Source of the DNA: an uncultured Clostridia bacterium
GTDB taxonomy: Bacteria > Bacillota > Clostridia > TANB77 > CAG-508
NCBI GenBank assembly: GCA_947581825.1
Contig: CANPVP010000007.1
Location: forward strand, 7,543-71,542
DNA: 64,000 nucleotides
Reading direction: 5' to 3'
Below the pieces are notes generated by a model. It did no database searches. It was given only the letters and a program-made list of their open reading frames with translations, and was not told the DNA's origin. This document shows, piece by piece, positions 34,201 to 39,122 of this stretch; the first letter of the stretch is position 1; each line of letters starts with the position of its first letter. A program made the translations under genes and the position numbers.

Positions 34201-36285
34201 GAAAAAATATCAATTTATGTAAAATATAATTATAAACCAGACAAATTAGTGGACGAACATAAGAATTTATTCGGTAAGATAAATGAAGTAAATTCATCAT
34301 ATGTTACTCTAAGTGTAGCAGAAATATATGAAAGTTCAGGCGAAGGTGGAAGAAAAGATATTAATTCTGAAAATAATAGCTTAGAGAATAAATTTGTAAA
34401 TACGTATAAACGTGTATTTAATGATTTCTATGATTATGAGAGCGATAACCAATACTATTGGGATTTAAGTCATAAACAAGAAGGCGAATTTGATATATAT
34501 GATGAAGATGCAGCACCAGCAATGAAATTATTAATTGAAAACCCATCAACTAGAAAAATAACTGGACAAGTATTTGATGACGAAAATGAAGATGGAATAA
34601 TGAATGAAGGCGAAGTTGGTATTGATGGTGTAAAAGTAAGTATTTATGATGAATATGGAACTAAGATTAAAGACACAGTAACATCAACTAATAAAGCAGA
34701 CGGCTCAAATATTGCAAATAAAGGAACATATGAATTTAATGGAATTCCAGAAGGAAAATATAGTCTAGAATTCACATATGGTGATGAAAATACAGTATTA
34801 CCTAAGTTATATACTGAAAGTACAGATGAGAATGGAAATATCATGAAAGATACTAATGGAAATATAGTTATAGCTGATGATAATACAAATAGTAATTGGA
34901 TATATAATGGACAAACATTACCAAGAAACAATAATAAGTCATATAATGCATTAGAATATCAAAGTACCAATGCATATAAGATAGAGCAAGATAATGATTT
35001 CTGGTATAGAGATGAAAAGAGAGCTAATACAGTTTACTCTGATGCTACAGATGATTCTACAAAGAGAGCTGCAGCAGATAATACATTAAATACTAATGGA
35101 AAAGGTATTATGAACAATGCAAAAGCCGAATTATTGTACTCATACAGAGGAAGTGAATATAATAAGGATTATATTGAAACTTTAATAAATAATGCAGTAT
35201 CTGCAAAAACAAATAAGTTCAAAATTAATAGTATGAATACAGAATCAACAGAATTCTCATACACAGGTGATACAGAAGATGGTTCTTCATATGAAGACGA
35301 GCATGGAAATCTTGTAGGAACTGGAAGCAATGCAAAAATAAACTTCGGTGTTAGACCTAGAGAGATGACAAATCTTAAAGTTGTAAAGAAAGTAGATAAT
35401 GTAAAAATCTATACAAGTAGTGGAAATTCTAATGTAGATGCTTCTTATAACAATGGAACAGTAGGACAAGCAGGAAGAGTTCAATGGTCACCAGGTAATG
35501 AACAAAACGGTAATAGAGGATACATTTGGATTCAAAGATCAGAAGAAGAGATTATAGGAGCTAAATTAGAAATTACTTATAATATAACTGTTAGAGATGA
35601 GTCAGAGGATAAAATAGCTGGAGAAGAGGTAACAATTGTAGATTATGTTCAAGATGGAATGAACTTTGATAAAAATAGCTATGAGGATAATAAATCTTGG
35701 GAGATTGCAACAGCAAGCACTAAGGACAATATAAGTAAAATAGGAGATGTTAATATAAACAAAAATATTGATTTGACAAATGTAAGTACAGTAGTAACGA
35801 AAAAAGTAACATTAGATGAAAATGGAGAATCAGAAGATATTAAGATTACATTAACAAAAACTCTAAATTCTTATAGTAATACTGATATTGATGCATATAC
35901 AAATTATGTAGAAGTAATACAAACAGTAACTCCAGGATTAGCTAGAAAGGATAAAAACTCAATACCAGGAAACTTCGATCCACAGAGGGAAACAACTATT
36001 GAAGGAAACATTGGAGCAATTGGTAACTTACAGAATGTAATTACTAAAGCTTTAATAAGCCGTGAAATAGTATTAGTACCATATGATGGACAGGTACCAA
36101 CCGAATATGAAAATGAAAGCATAAGACTAGAAAGAGATACAGCAAAAGCACAAGAAACAATAAGTATTACAGCAGAAACTGGTGAAAACAGAGCTACAAC
36201 ATATTATATCTTAGCATTTGCAGTAATTGCAGTATTTGCAACAGGGGTAGGTGTAATTGTTACAAAAGTAATTAAGAAAAAATAA
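16246..36285 (+). CDS. Giant cell-surface fibrillar adhesin-like protein (6,679 aa). Signal peptide, unique head domain, long E/K-rich coiled coil, then more than 30 Cna-B/SpaA-type and SdrD-B-like domains, a conserved C-terminal module and a C-terminal TM anchor.
   Basis: 20,040-nt ORF with RBS. N-terminus MERIKQKLLAIILIIIAGIVGYQAYVMA (h-region plus AxA-like site). Classic Cna-B motifs such as FFKADEDGKPLAGATFTLANKDP...TDTDGYMEF and IEVEEIEAPNGY. SdrD-B-like segment ITGQVFDDENEDGIMNEGEVGIDGVKVSIYD...GTYEFNGIPEGKYSLEF. C-terminus ITAETGENRATTYYILAFAVIAVFATGVGVIVTKVIKKK. Confidence 0.9.
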   Translation: MERIKQKLLAIILIIIAGIVGYQAYVMAHGYPRAIGQGVPFWSNGSMVYCREHNNGWGYGQGAADRASYYVCVGEVSTVAKQADGLAYYVSRASARSIQDLIWSKSGSSAGQSIINMGTDFRSWFAPWGSDNFANLFSINEGNKETGNEEKNSASMEALRKDVTVKVVDELPDWFFTNVNAGSVGESDKKNNSTALSDSEINVIIKEYEKNHTKEETEAFKKELKDAQNNEKIIETTVNKVINTIKAKSIDINRFTEEQSNELKAEIQKEEGIKNSIIPSKKKEIEQQIKNKERENVNDINKVATEEVTEDILQRAVTKIELEQNEKEEEKIEKELKKIEELLEKENLQQDLRIIKEDLKTIRDNWNTTKEKYKANQISVEDYKKIEDEYYNKVLKDIQTILVNNYENTEELNQYKGNQDASEEESYNLVDLIVEQSGKISDISYDEYKYLYDMHKLFQFFGSYKNQANTFLDGNVNSESWNLLLRHLNSYSSDGTSNLLRKVDKNISMADKNSTTYVSNVTQLDQSKIVSVESKDNSYGTAVDIYAHYQLNLTSEQQAKLNSMNNENEKREYQKTIGQTLWAYQSDRKKDKDGKEITHQITIDGQQKTYYEYEKIYFEDQADSVVSFFSEELLCIGTDDQDGVIGTNASETSALLKYIECFKDDAKGTTEFCSFIKNKYPNLAKQLSEAKGSNLSERIINLYNKYTSKITNICQEDNSEHYYVYKNKVEENYWDLNWGDTKKAARLYQWLMTRDAEGVTNIDKIAGQFSIDDTDARVSIDRVSGKYLIGPYTINYSTLILNGEKLLGIDDFSVLLSMGENGKEVNKVLTQGDGKDQYNIVCMKGTTRNIKNKDGKTIEVPKSGNSFFIELDKDVKGNGKRLTENDIFKFNISYEYLKQINATVHLLRDSASDASSGTPDIWNSSHPQRLMTFTWRSERDYIDKSIATSTREYDFKLRKTDKETGKGVNGGKYIAAAKYKNSKDGSIAYFDLERQIKSYNSFEEFKAAAEAQDVSTYISESQPEGNGYILWNDIPESIAEVERTTEDGTVILSSDKIWTLECIEVEEIEAPNGYSIPTIDEIKVSNGCTINNKGSYYTVSIPTSSSEGEITWPEPSVPKDYYIPIKKVDNNGKPIDDLKLEYWFADLTVASGEWDSQNWKYGSGNRQQAITGHRIYAEKGKKPGKQLNGMAYLTNNMYSDAILLVIEEKPAEGYDYQYFQKIAMVYSAKQGAKGPEIKFLKAEDIKNTIAKQNLANWENEAEREVIQNNNWENGVLFVKDKTGSIIESSAKKVEGKEGQGIYVNAEVTLEELNNEIVEIINDEIPPYSLELFKFEDSGEYNPNLAGTRFKVWITMGNREEAAYEKEITVKEEKDENGKKIYVAKAEGIRIYGDNLALHIQEKYAKPGFESKLTVKTIALIYKAQVVFENGKVKPKLTILENTPNESLFVSNNSNLPDEFNGHPITVVNEDTISGICVGIENERAPHYLRFFKADEDGKPLAGATFTLANKDPREEGFNSSNEIGTDTSDTDGYMEFAIPSEVKGENKEYTLYLYENSSGDGHIYSDTSKNNPVIIKYQYVAGDDSITGLSIIHNGKDLTDNWTKVQNKEFTKENKKLHCQQTVQDQERTKEDGTKETVKVNVNSIKNNGYIFDFGNLKEIFLLTNNPVPYSLDWDKVEAETDIPLGNAKFEVSIVQSDGDLSNTIKEIVEDLAKDNTYILPSGVRFAKYKNDDTELPIKNLGKLINDGKQEGQDIVSNNEEGENKGRVSVDNIVTYGECYAFIKEIQTVGAHQLLNDIIVVHYKINKGETKPTILDDIYVYTPASNDKEAKVTKYLRSNGVYKDDNGKVYTNVSMDGNTLQIINQKAPYSLEINKTNALSGRPIKDVAFRAIIRHKNENGEPKVVDISRTTESGKITINDIYEYSVNDNDLITLELYETVPEYYNYFDKNKASELVYIADYIKKGANEPLQQKTGYMIINPITGEGNKIESFDKIGDTSKILFTISEVGQSNGQNDSNSSLHTVKIPNMPTYNLQAEKKEEFNGQLNNVDINGISFTGKIRKGGVNENGDVIQNGQSANAKELDVRNFTVYLKEYTSNGLKSVMVSAEGIDTHSAFFDESGNLNNNAQTFTLVLEEASNGKYAIEHPIEIEYTCQPDTDNGIWKTEYKKIKFNDKTVDIPAGQETVLIDTEELGIQVAKDGHLILINKYKFEPIQILLQKKDENGKLIDGISFEGLLEQDESKLMAGKEPRKIAFGVKPVYGKVTEIDPITTGEKIAPDGKQYNGVAVLDNIDFGGAVKLTITKEYWKDPTDKPALNFQEEPIEISGMYIAEYKKGNVTYRKLTVPNNKITVKVGNGEAKEVDITKTEALNEFVSFSSDGNVSTFYITNQYKRYNLDGNDEDKDDTPPPFSDKVIRDVQGNDTEYKNEDKKIQFTGIITDSNGEVLQNDVKVTFEKKETQNAEGKESKVSIKALDINGSISGKDENGKEKEFKLVLKENTDDEPITVIYTCTYDSSSDEFTANIIGYEYKGIRYNKDDKENNPEQKDDIVPGRVDNDGSLINYNKLYIPITKHDEKGNLVNGVVFKGTVEYPKDENGHPTKFGENGQSSWDFETVTGGKYYDFAEDEYKTAPDGVAVIVVPYEMDGDFIVTITDEYWGTKEDDTWTTTRGTMPDEQPYDLEFMEVDAAIKGYSVKKEKVDEWKTVSKLYYNGNKVEYTVENMEDEAVNVTAYNYIDVDKDGHIKFVNDEIRYNLDENTKPLFDEKIKVDSLGNAFQVKDNISFTGYIKDTDGKTLQEGQSINEEIRDKDKFTVGLDSEGRIIATDILGEISGDENTEFYFVLQELGEGEGQPLEITVIYTSVYNKQTRTFDITIKGYEYNGERYDITTETGDNTFNEIVKGYVWHKQENGEEKRDLINVLETSIPLIKYEEAKKSEGGQPILRNGIQFTGKVEAVEERVGSNGIKEYTTKKNAEGNEISQYFKIVTGEKQKDINGQNCKDPKTGLEYPSYDGVATIYGITKDYVGKVRITITEEKWKDGKELSPKENEVNFVDDIIEIIVDVKEQTEQDGTKKLVVDYGENLNWNTYSKNSTTENSSLSEELNEKIEEVIKAKGQSTTENYKVKENDEFASALLDIDTYNNDKKQDDVIGIKVVNEVKTYDIEIPKVVEVEKDGKKTYRALTPEEAAELRFTAKIYDSTYNGENTDAKPIQELDGNHVRVVVLDEKGNEIKEGTTNQENNNNKTKSVIRVSGIRGSIIGESLTLVLHEEASGGIQKIEKDIQVTYKYTNNEADKDGKPELLKFKDPNVENGNGIIDVKLIEKEDKNEEFKETNVSTNPYLVVTDEGVAIVQKEKETTLAIKKVKKVKDTNGNEVEQPVSGIKFTIRVCGSCEKECAKDPLKCTCGDDCTKCKTLTATSDEHGLAEFTGITETGEVKVVILKEEWDTTQLTEAEKEGNDKIEFINEPVVISGIKIKKGKEEENANIVDYTNAQVVESSGESKASSHVSINKNFGIQIVFKNDTATYDLEAFDSKVTNYNGTIEKVLKDVTFEAVIAKHKDGAPDITIPDGNTTFNLNDVYERSDKAEDKLQYIGPFGISSDGKIRVEGIKGTIAKQVKAEEQQTQANSTETEGTYDVILREVSSNMTPNSDESTDGEKTEEIKRPIIKIVYTSTCITDKNGNSSFKTEIKEYVWKDSEGKSHKYIPNSKVQVVDEGPATTLETNNNVANGKEIELQYSESFGEVLYVHKDGKVSLINTEKNPVAINLKKVDSNGNPVRGIKFTGKVIALLNVNDKTLIPKEELTDTENGQLMQKRIEFNFGGNDTNSGRTNYSGVALLEIPEDEIFNYEGELKVVITNEEWVDSTNKPVLGFPNEPFAITGLTLKTDPQTHKSRIEYGDIKVEKCDVNGNTQEGESAYKNKVKKYSVDDGEQQGTEILGVSVENPILDYDLDLGYKLLKSGDELIPLKEGVGFKAQVYKDGKKEATQKPNQEPDVVLNAADGKITAKAIKGDIIGNDIELILTETENGHIVKDMEITIVYSYNPDGNPNDKPTITEYKWKEKQEDGTEVDKSYKVPQDGTTGGDGEEAKNTQIGNMIYTNYKELVGIINEVIPNPLDIQIEKRDSNGATVAGIKFEGRIVAVDKNGQERKDENGKAIEKTFTTTIDKEDGTQETLNWITTDTTGIAKLHLTKEEVNKFAGNIKIEISKEDWSTDDRDPLKVDPEQRTPLDYIDGTIEITGKKINVEENSQSSIINDGEVTVTIKNNGKDVTEQYKDRVDAKAPGEISVSMKNIIKKYDLELFNKKIINVNEEEVQIKGDITFTGEIKQNDKTYPITIAFGPETNGAIIAKDIRGEIVGENITLSVKEEKTISGIIPVDIDIVYSCSYNDGKFITAISKKTIKDQNTGEILKEINGTDENGNVLEEDVVRTGVEIPIKKVDQQGKPVEGIKFTGYVISNNKNSKDEGVAFNVTTNEYGIANIALKADYSNKDNVIDEIKDKGLLGNFKVVIEKEEWAEGAEATWRAIPGNEHRKLKFVANNTEIAGFEMQEAISENIVIRTVLFDKATCNNTHVQVDKNNITINVDNPDLTYDIPFIKTDELMNEENKDKVNRLANIEFYVTIESGSDKQEFKPKTDENGMFTLENIHVFSSDTTPVTLTMKELPPADLGIQILKEPIVITYYTVVNNETGEVSFKDVKIVQNGTEQNDNNTDKIVDYIQVTLGDKEYKLINIVNHKAYSITLDKKIRVNGNEDNKVKDVIEEIGFTGCVTTNPERFGVTQSKDESGNIQYKIDKIAFEANLNPSATKDLTDTIYFSGTTANGKLEIPDITFYDRQVYVIFKEFFVNGKEPSSMECTDEVMVASFNRRISNVESTSTSSDNVTFTSIEPLNISIQVVNEAINYKVKLKKVDTDDKSRLIDYKGSQFTITLKELEDDKEVTETTDQVTLVFDEEEEIDKTLSTALPSKYIVGAQLVTETDENGNVKLDTDGTPLKYIELELNKFGNNLQLVATEDKAPAGYEAYNGDIVITYSTPEPGENKENSNITIKEIVGESVTATTSNDNNVLSLNFELPNSPKPYPLEFFKVSKETNKKLNNIQFQILFMRKIDSENWERILEDKGRLFNTVAGKITIPDIHNYGTYYMVLKETETPKNTVRLEGYHIVEVNAEIDKTPTLIYKGTFAEYGYTDKETLVDNDETIKQVLLDAKNAIENNFVEIQKNNLTEKYKAYFKNKTEANDNFYFTVENDSSIDYKINVLKKDISNHDKDLDGAMFDLYLVKANMPYTTETNLIREQDRKGETVDGKITLDLGYSEEHYSKNTYTEEQIEAIRNGTNTEALGDMLKLVLVETNPPKDYKSEFSRIEVTFYTHDGKDIKIIDIKVFDEVGNEIENKYAEYVDRNEPKEAEITLAAYNTKKIGVPLQIKKVYYKEVVVEENGQKVIKKIEQPLEGAAFSGVVYEKGKVKAGTEFSNVTTNKDGIANLGEFYVEGDIVIDITEVKVPAGFEEIDETNIECTVDGKKITDYSISTNAVEEIDWVNETNQIKIIEGVDIKYDISLQGFVWEDRPADTGTKHEDDYTVKGVATEGLYDDGVDLKIKTTDKENNPTTEISDVEDGVIVNLYNYDTGELLQQTTTYDDGLYTFKISDPFAKYYVTFEMRGKYNYDNYENVKFLVKSIETEQQNGVEENKINQYNNINDAISAAEGNLESSNWMYNSKAILDETTDKNQKLDQNTAVTTNKNTASGNRNTVRPENVQAYPIYDYFTIQNDNKLGMFVVYKQISGNNTNPDYTIANVQEDKNPNVEGYTPITFEILDPIHKYINFGIVEKTEFWLTLEKYVEEMKMTLGDDKNETPYTYEFGKYEGDKMYTLNINKADLGKLKNLDIIYRIDVLNESITDGTLKSIADYYNSDIMEYAGYAINLKADSEGKIDFDKVNWNTDKMPEDPTHKENLIPEQWSTDDVIIQRAQATTGKQIIELKPTDQYISSHEKISIYVKYNYKPDKLVDEHKNLFGKINEVNSSYVTLSVAEIYESSGEGGRKDINSENNSLENKFVNTYKRVFNDFYDYESDNQYYWDLSHKQEGEFDIYDEDAAPAMKLLIENPSTRKITGQVFDDENEDGIMNEGEVGIDGVKVSIYDEYGTKIKDTVTSTNKADGSNIANKGTYEFNGIPEGKYSLEFTYGDENTVLPKLYTESTDENGNIMKDTNGNIVIADDNTNSNWIYNGQTLPRNNNKSYNALEYQSTNAYKIEQDNDFWYRDEKRANTVYSDATDDSTKRAAADNTLNTNGKGIMNNAKAELLYSYRGSEYNKDYIETLINNAVSAKTNKFKINSMNTESTEFSYTGDTEDGSSYEDEHGNLVGTGSNAKINFGVRPREMTNLKVVKKVDNVKIYTSSGNSNVDASYNNGTVGQAGRVQWSPGNEQNGNRGYIWIQRSEEEIIGAKLEITYNITVRDESEDKIAGEEVTIVDYVQDGMNFDKNSYEDNKSWEIATASTKDNISKIGDVNINKNIDLTNVSTVVTKKVTLDENGESEDIKITLTKTLNSYSNTDIDAYTNYVEVIQTVTPGLARKDKNSIPGNFDPQRETTIEGNIGAIGNLQNVITKALISREIVLVPYDGQVPTEYENESIRLERDTAKAQETISITAETGENRATTYYILAFAVIAVFATGVGVIVTKVIKKK
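25010..27360 (+). repeat. Third copy, in gene 2, of the roughly 2.4-kb multi-domain module that is duplicated in gene 1.
   Basis: SIPLIKYEEAK...VTGEKQKD...IRVCGSCEKECAKDPLKCTCGDDCTKC...YDVILREVS...KEYVWKDSEGKSH is colinear with gene 1 units a and b. Confidence 0.7.
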
Positions 36286-36297
36286 TTACAAAATACA

Positions 36298-36326
36298 AAA
36301 TAAAGCGAGCATTGCTCGCTTTATTT
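36298..36326. terminator. Bidirectional rho-independent terminator between the convergent giant gene 2 and ttcA-like gene.
   Basis: aaataaagcgagc-att-gctcgctttattt: 13-bp perfect stem, A-rich on the 5' side and T-rich on the 3' side. Confidence 0.8.
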
Positions 36327-36334
36327 TGCATTAA

Positions 36335-37057
36335 TTATTGATCTCCCAGCTTTGCCCAACCTTTTATGTTGCTTCTTTGAATAGCACCATATAAATTTGC
36401 TCTTACTCTAGGAATATCTATTTGCATATCTCTAATTAATTGTTTCATTTTTTCTCTTGTAGTAGATCCATCCATTGGACAAACTTTAGGCATTACTTCA
36501 ATTTCATTCTTTCTAATAAATTTTCGTATATATTTTTCAGGTGTATAAATTAATGGACGAATTAATGTTATTTTTGATCTGTCCATATAAGAAGTTGGAG
36601 CAAAAGTATGAATGCTACCACCATAAAATAAATTTAATAAAAAGGTTTCAAGAACATCATCTTCATTATGACCTAAAGCAATTTTATTGCATCCTTCACG
36701 AATAGCGATGCTATTTAACATACCTCTACGTAAATTAGCACAAAGAGAACATGGATTTTTTTCTTTTCTAATATCAAAAACAATTTCTTTTATATGACCC
36801 TGTTCAATAATTAGAGGGACACCTAAATTATCACAAAAATTTTTTAAACTTGATGAATCAAAATTCTCAAAGCCAGAATCAATGGTAATAGCAATTATAT
36901 CAAATTTTTTTGGATAAAATCTTTGTAAATTTTTAAATCCCATAAGCATTGAAAGCGAATCTTTACCACCAGAAAGACCAACAGCTATTTTATCTCCTTC
37001 TTCAATCATATTATAATCTTCAATTGCTTTTCTCATATAACTTAAAATTTGTTGCAT
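36335..37057 (-). CDS. ttcA: PP-loop ATPase of the TtcA family (tRNA 2-thiocytidine biosynthesis protein-like).
   Basis: SGGKDS PP-loop motif. Cys motifs CSLCANLRRG and KVCPMDGS. 240 aa, typical for TtcA-like proteins. Confidence 0.7.
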   Translation of the reverse strand: MQQILSYMRKAIEDYNMIEEGDKIAVGLSGGKDSLSMLMGFKNLQRFYPKKFDIIAITIDSGFENFDSSSLKNFCDNLGVPLIIEQGHIKEIVFDIRKEKNPCSLCANLRRGMLNSIAIREGCNKIALGHNEDDVLETFLLNLFYGGSIHTFAPTSYMDRSKITLIRPLIYTPEKYIRKFIRKNEIEVMPKVCPMDGSTTREKMKQLIRDMQIDIPRVRANLYGAIQRSNIKGWAKLGDQ

Positions 37058-37135
37058 AAAAACTCCTTAAATACTTAATAATTAAATACAATGTACAATA
37101 TATTTATTAGAAAGTCAAGAAACGACATAATTGGG

Positions 37136-37174
37136 GACGTAGTAAAATGGCAATATTTTACTACGTCTTTTGTT
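37136..37174 (+). terminator. Orphan terminator-like hairpin (13-bp perfect stem plus T-run) upstream of tRNA-Arg.
   Basis: gacgtagtaaaat-ggcaat-attttactacgtc followed by ttttgtt. There is no plus-strand gene upstream. Confidence 0.45.
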
Positions 37175-37230
37175 ATAAAAAAACTTGCTTTTTAAAATTA
37201 GTTGTAGTATGATATAAAAATGAATTAAAT

Positions 37231-37306
<76 letters not shown>

Positions 37307-37350
37307 TTGTTGCTTTAATTAATAATAAATAAAAATTGGAAAGAGAAAAA

Positions 37351-37812
37351 ATGGAAGAAAAAGAAATATTCATGAAACAAGCTTTAAAAGAAGCAAAAAA
37401 AGCTTATGATAAATTAGAAGTTCCAGTTGGTGCTATTATTGTAAAAGATGGAAAAATAATAGCTAGAGCACATAATTTAAAAGAAACCAAAAAAGATACA
37501 ACGAAACATGCAGAAATATTAGCAATCCAAAAAGCAAGTAAGAAATTAGATACATGGAGATTGATAGATTGCGAAATGTATATTACTTTAGAACCATGTA
37601 CTATGTGTATGGGGGCAATTATAAATTCAAGAATAAAAAAAATTTTTATAGGAACCATGGATCCAAAAACTGGAGCATGTGGGTCAGTATTAAATTTAAA
37701 TGATGATTATACTTTCAATCACAAAGTAGAAATAGAAACAGGAATTATGAAAAAAGAGTCGGAAGAATTATTAAAAGATTTTTTTAATAAATTAAGAACT
37801 TTAAAAAAATAA
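37351..37812 (+). CDS. tadA: tRNA-specific adenosine deaminase TadA. The ORF is open from TTG 37336, but ATG 37351 is the likelier start.
   Basis: CMP/dCMP deaminase zinc motifs HAEILAI and PCTMCMGA. About 150 aa. The tRNA-adjacent tadA-ffs-dnaX arrangement is conserved in Firmicutes. Confidence 0.85.
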   Translation: MEEKEIFMKQALKEAKKAYDKLEVPVGAIIVKDGKIIARAHNLKETKKDTTKHAEILAIQKASKKLDTWRLIDCEMYITLEPCTMCMGAIINSRIKKIFIGTMDPKTGACGSVLNLNDDYTFNHKVEIETGIMKKESEELLKDFFNKLRTLKK

Positions 37813-37834
37813 TATAAGAATAAGAGGAGTTTTT

Positions 37835-38572
37835 ATGGAAGTTTCAAGAAGAGCTATACATATAGTACTTATTATATGCATAATAGTTGCTGTTGCAATT
37901 TTTGTTGGAGTAACAATGCAAAGATATGAAATTGAAGGCGAAAAGAATATGCCATTTGAGCTTTCAAAAATAATGATATTTAGTACTGCTGAAGGCTTTG
38001 CAAATGAAAAAAGTGATTATAAATGGGACTTTAATATTTTTCAAAATAATGATATTTATATAAGCATAGCAAAAAATGATGATTATAAAAAAACAGAAAT
38101 TATAGATAAAATAGTAATTGATAATTTTTCAATAGATGAAAAACCCAAAAAGGGTGAATTAGTAGTTTATAAGCCAAATATAGAAACAGCAACACCTTTT
38201 AAATGTGATGAAAAATATGAAGTAAAAGATGTGTTAGAATTTACGGGTGAAACAGAAGCAAATGTAGAAAAATTGCAAATTGCAAATCAAGGTGGAATGA
38301 TAATTTTTAGAATTTCTAATAAAAATCTTCATAGATACCAATCAAATGATGATAAAACAATAGTACATGATGGAACTTTGTTGGCAAAGGCTAATATAAA
38401 AAATGAAGATATAAAATGCAAAGTGTCTTTTGATATAACCATAGAGTTAAAATCAGAAAAAAAATATAAGGGAACAATCACTTTAGAATTGCCAGAAGGA
38501 AATATATTAAAAAATGGTCAAGAAAGCTTAGAAATAACAAATTTTGATGATGTAGTATTTAAGAGAATATAA
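37835..38572 (+). CDS. Hypothetical membrane-anchored protein (N-terminal TM helix).
   Basis: ORF with AGGAG RBS. N-terminal hydrophobic segment IHIVLIICIIVAVAIFVGV. No recognisable catalytic motif. Confidence 0.55.
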   Translation: MEVSRRAIHIVLIICIIVAVAIFVGVTMQRYEIEGEKNMPFELSKIMIFSTAEGFANEKSDYKWDFNIFQNNDIYISIAKNDDYKKTEIIDKIVIDNFSIDEKPKKGELVVYKPNIETATPFKCDEKYEVKDVLEFTGETEANVEKLQIANQGGMIIFRISNKNLHRYQSNDDKTIVHDGTLLAKANIKNEDIKCKVSFDITIELKSEKKYKGTITLELPEGNILKNGQESLEITNFDDVVFKRI

Positions 38573-38577
38573 AAAAA

Positions 38578-38599
38578 CAAGGAGGCTCATGCCTCCTTG
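38578..38599. terminator. Bidirectional terminator hairpin shared by convergent genes.
   Basis: caaggaggc-tcat-gcctccttg preceded by an A7 run, which is a T7 run on the minus strand. It overlaps the last codons of the minus-strand small gene. Confidence 0.6.
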
Positions 38600-38772
38600 C
38601 TTGTCTGAGAATCATCAATGTTTTCTTTGGCCATTTTTTCTCTCTGAATATGCTCGCGTCTGCCCCGCAAAGCAGCAGGGAAAAGGAAAAAAGAGAGAAT
38701 TATTGCAAATACAATGCCGATTCCCCAAAGGCATAAAATTGCAATTCCGATAAGCTTTAAAATGATCATCAA
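38587..38772 (-). CDS. Small membrane protein (61 aa, one TM helix plus a basic C-terminal tail). The locus is locally GC-rich.
   Basis: Strong RBS AAAGGAGGTG 8 nt before the ATG. Hydrophobic core LIGIAILCLWGIGIVFAIILSFFLF. GC content is clearly above neighbouring DNA. Confidence 0.55.
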   Translation of the reverse strand: MMIILKLIGIAILCLWGIGIVFAIILSFFLFPAALRGRREHIQREKMAKENIDDSQTSKEA

Positions 38773-38897
38773 AGAGGCACCTCCTTTTCATAAAATACAG
38801 AGCTAAAAAATTTAAGCTAATACTACTATTATAAAGAAAATGTTAGAAAAAGTCAAATAATTGTAACAAGTAAACAGGTATGTTTTAACTTTTCTGA

Positions 38898-38926
38898 TTG
38901 ACACGAAATCAAATATATAATATAAT
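38898..38926 (+). promoter_or_regulatory. Consensus sigma-A promoter of the SRP RNA gene.
   Basis: TTGACA-17 nt-TATAAT (38898-38903 and 38921-38926). Confidence 0.7.
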
Positions 38927-38931
38927 GGGCA

Positions 38932-39062
38932 AGTAGTTAGAATCTTACCTTTGTACGGAGAGTAATTTCAATAGAGCCCCATGAACCTCGTCAGGTCTGG
39001 AAGGAAGCAGCGATAAATGGGATACTTTATGTGAGTAATTACTTTCCGTAGAGAGGTAAGAT
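38932..39062 (+). ncRNA. ffs: Signal recognition particle RNA (4.5S/scRNA-like, apparently short form). The 3' end is uncertain.
   Basis: Domain IV consensus GTCAGGTCTGGAAGGAAGCAGC (E. coli GUCAGGUCCGGAAGGAAGCAGC) at 38990-39011. It sits at the apex of a roughly 117-nt hairpin, cttacctttgtacggagagtaatt...aattactttccgtagagaggtaag. Position immediately upstream of dnaX, as in Bacillus. Confidence 0.7.
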
Positions 39063-39122
39063 TTAAAATTAGAACCAAAAAAGTAGAGATGTTATCTCAT
39101 GGTATTATGAATTATAGCATCT

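Noticed and set aside
2470-36285. Considered whether the long internal repeats could be a CRISPR array or a mobile-element cluster.
   Set aside because: The repeats are kilobase-scale, in-frame and protein-coding, without short direct repeats and spacers. No transposase, integrase, terminal inverted repeats or cas genes are present.
1-36285. Considered NRPS/PKS megasynthase, RTX toxin or type V autotransporter identities for the giant ORFs.
   Set aside because: There are no adenylation, condensation, thiolation or ketosynthase motifs, no GGxGxD nonapeptide repeats, and no C-terminal beta-barrel. Instead there is a Gram-positive-style signal peptide, Cna-B/SpaA motifs and a C-terminal TM tail.
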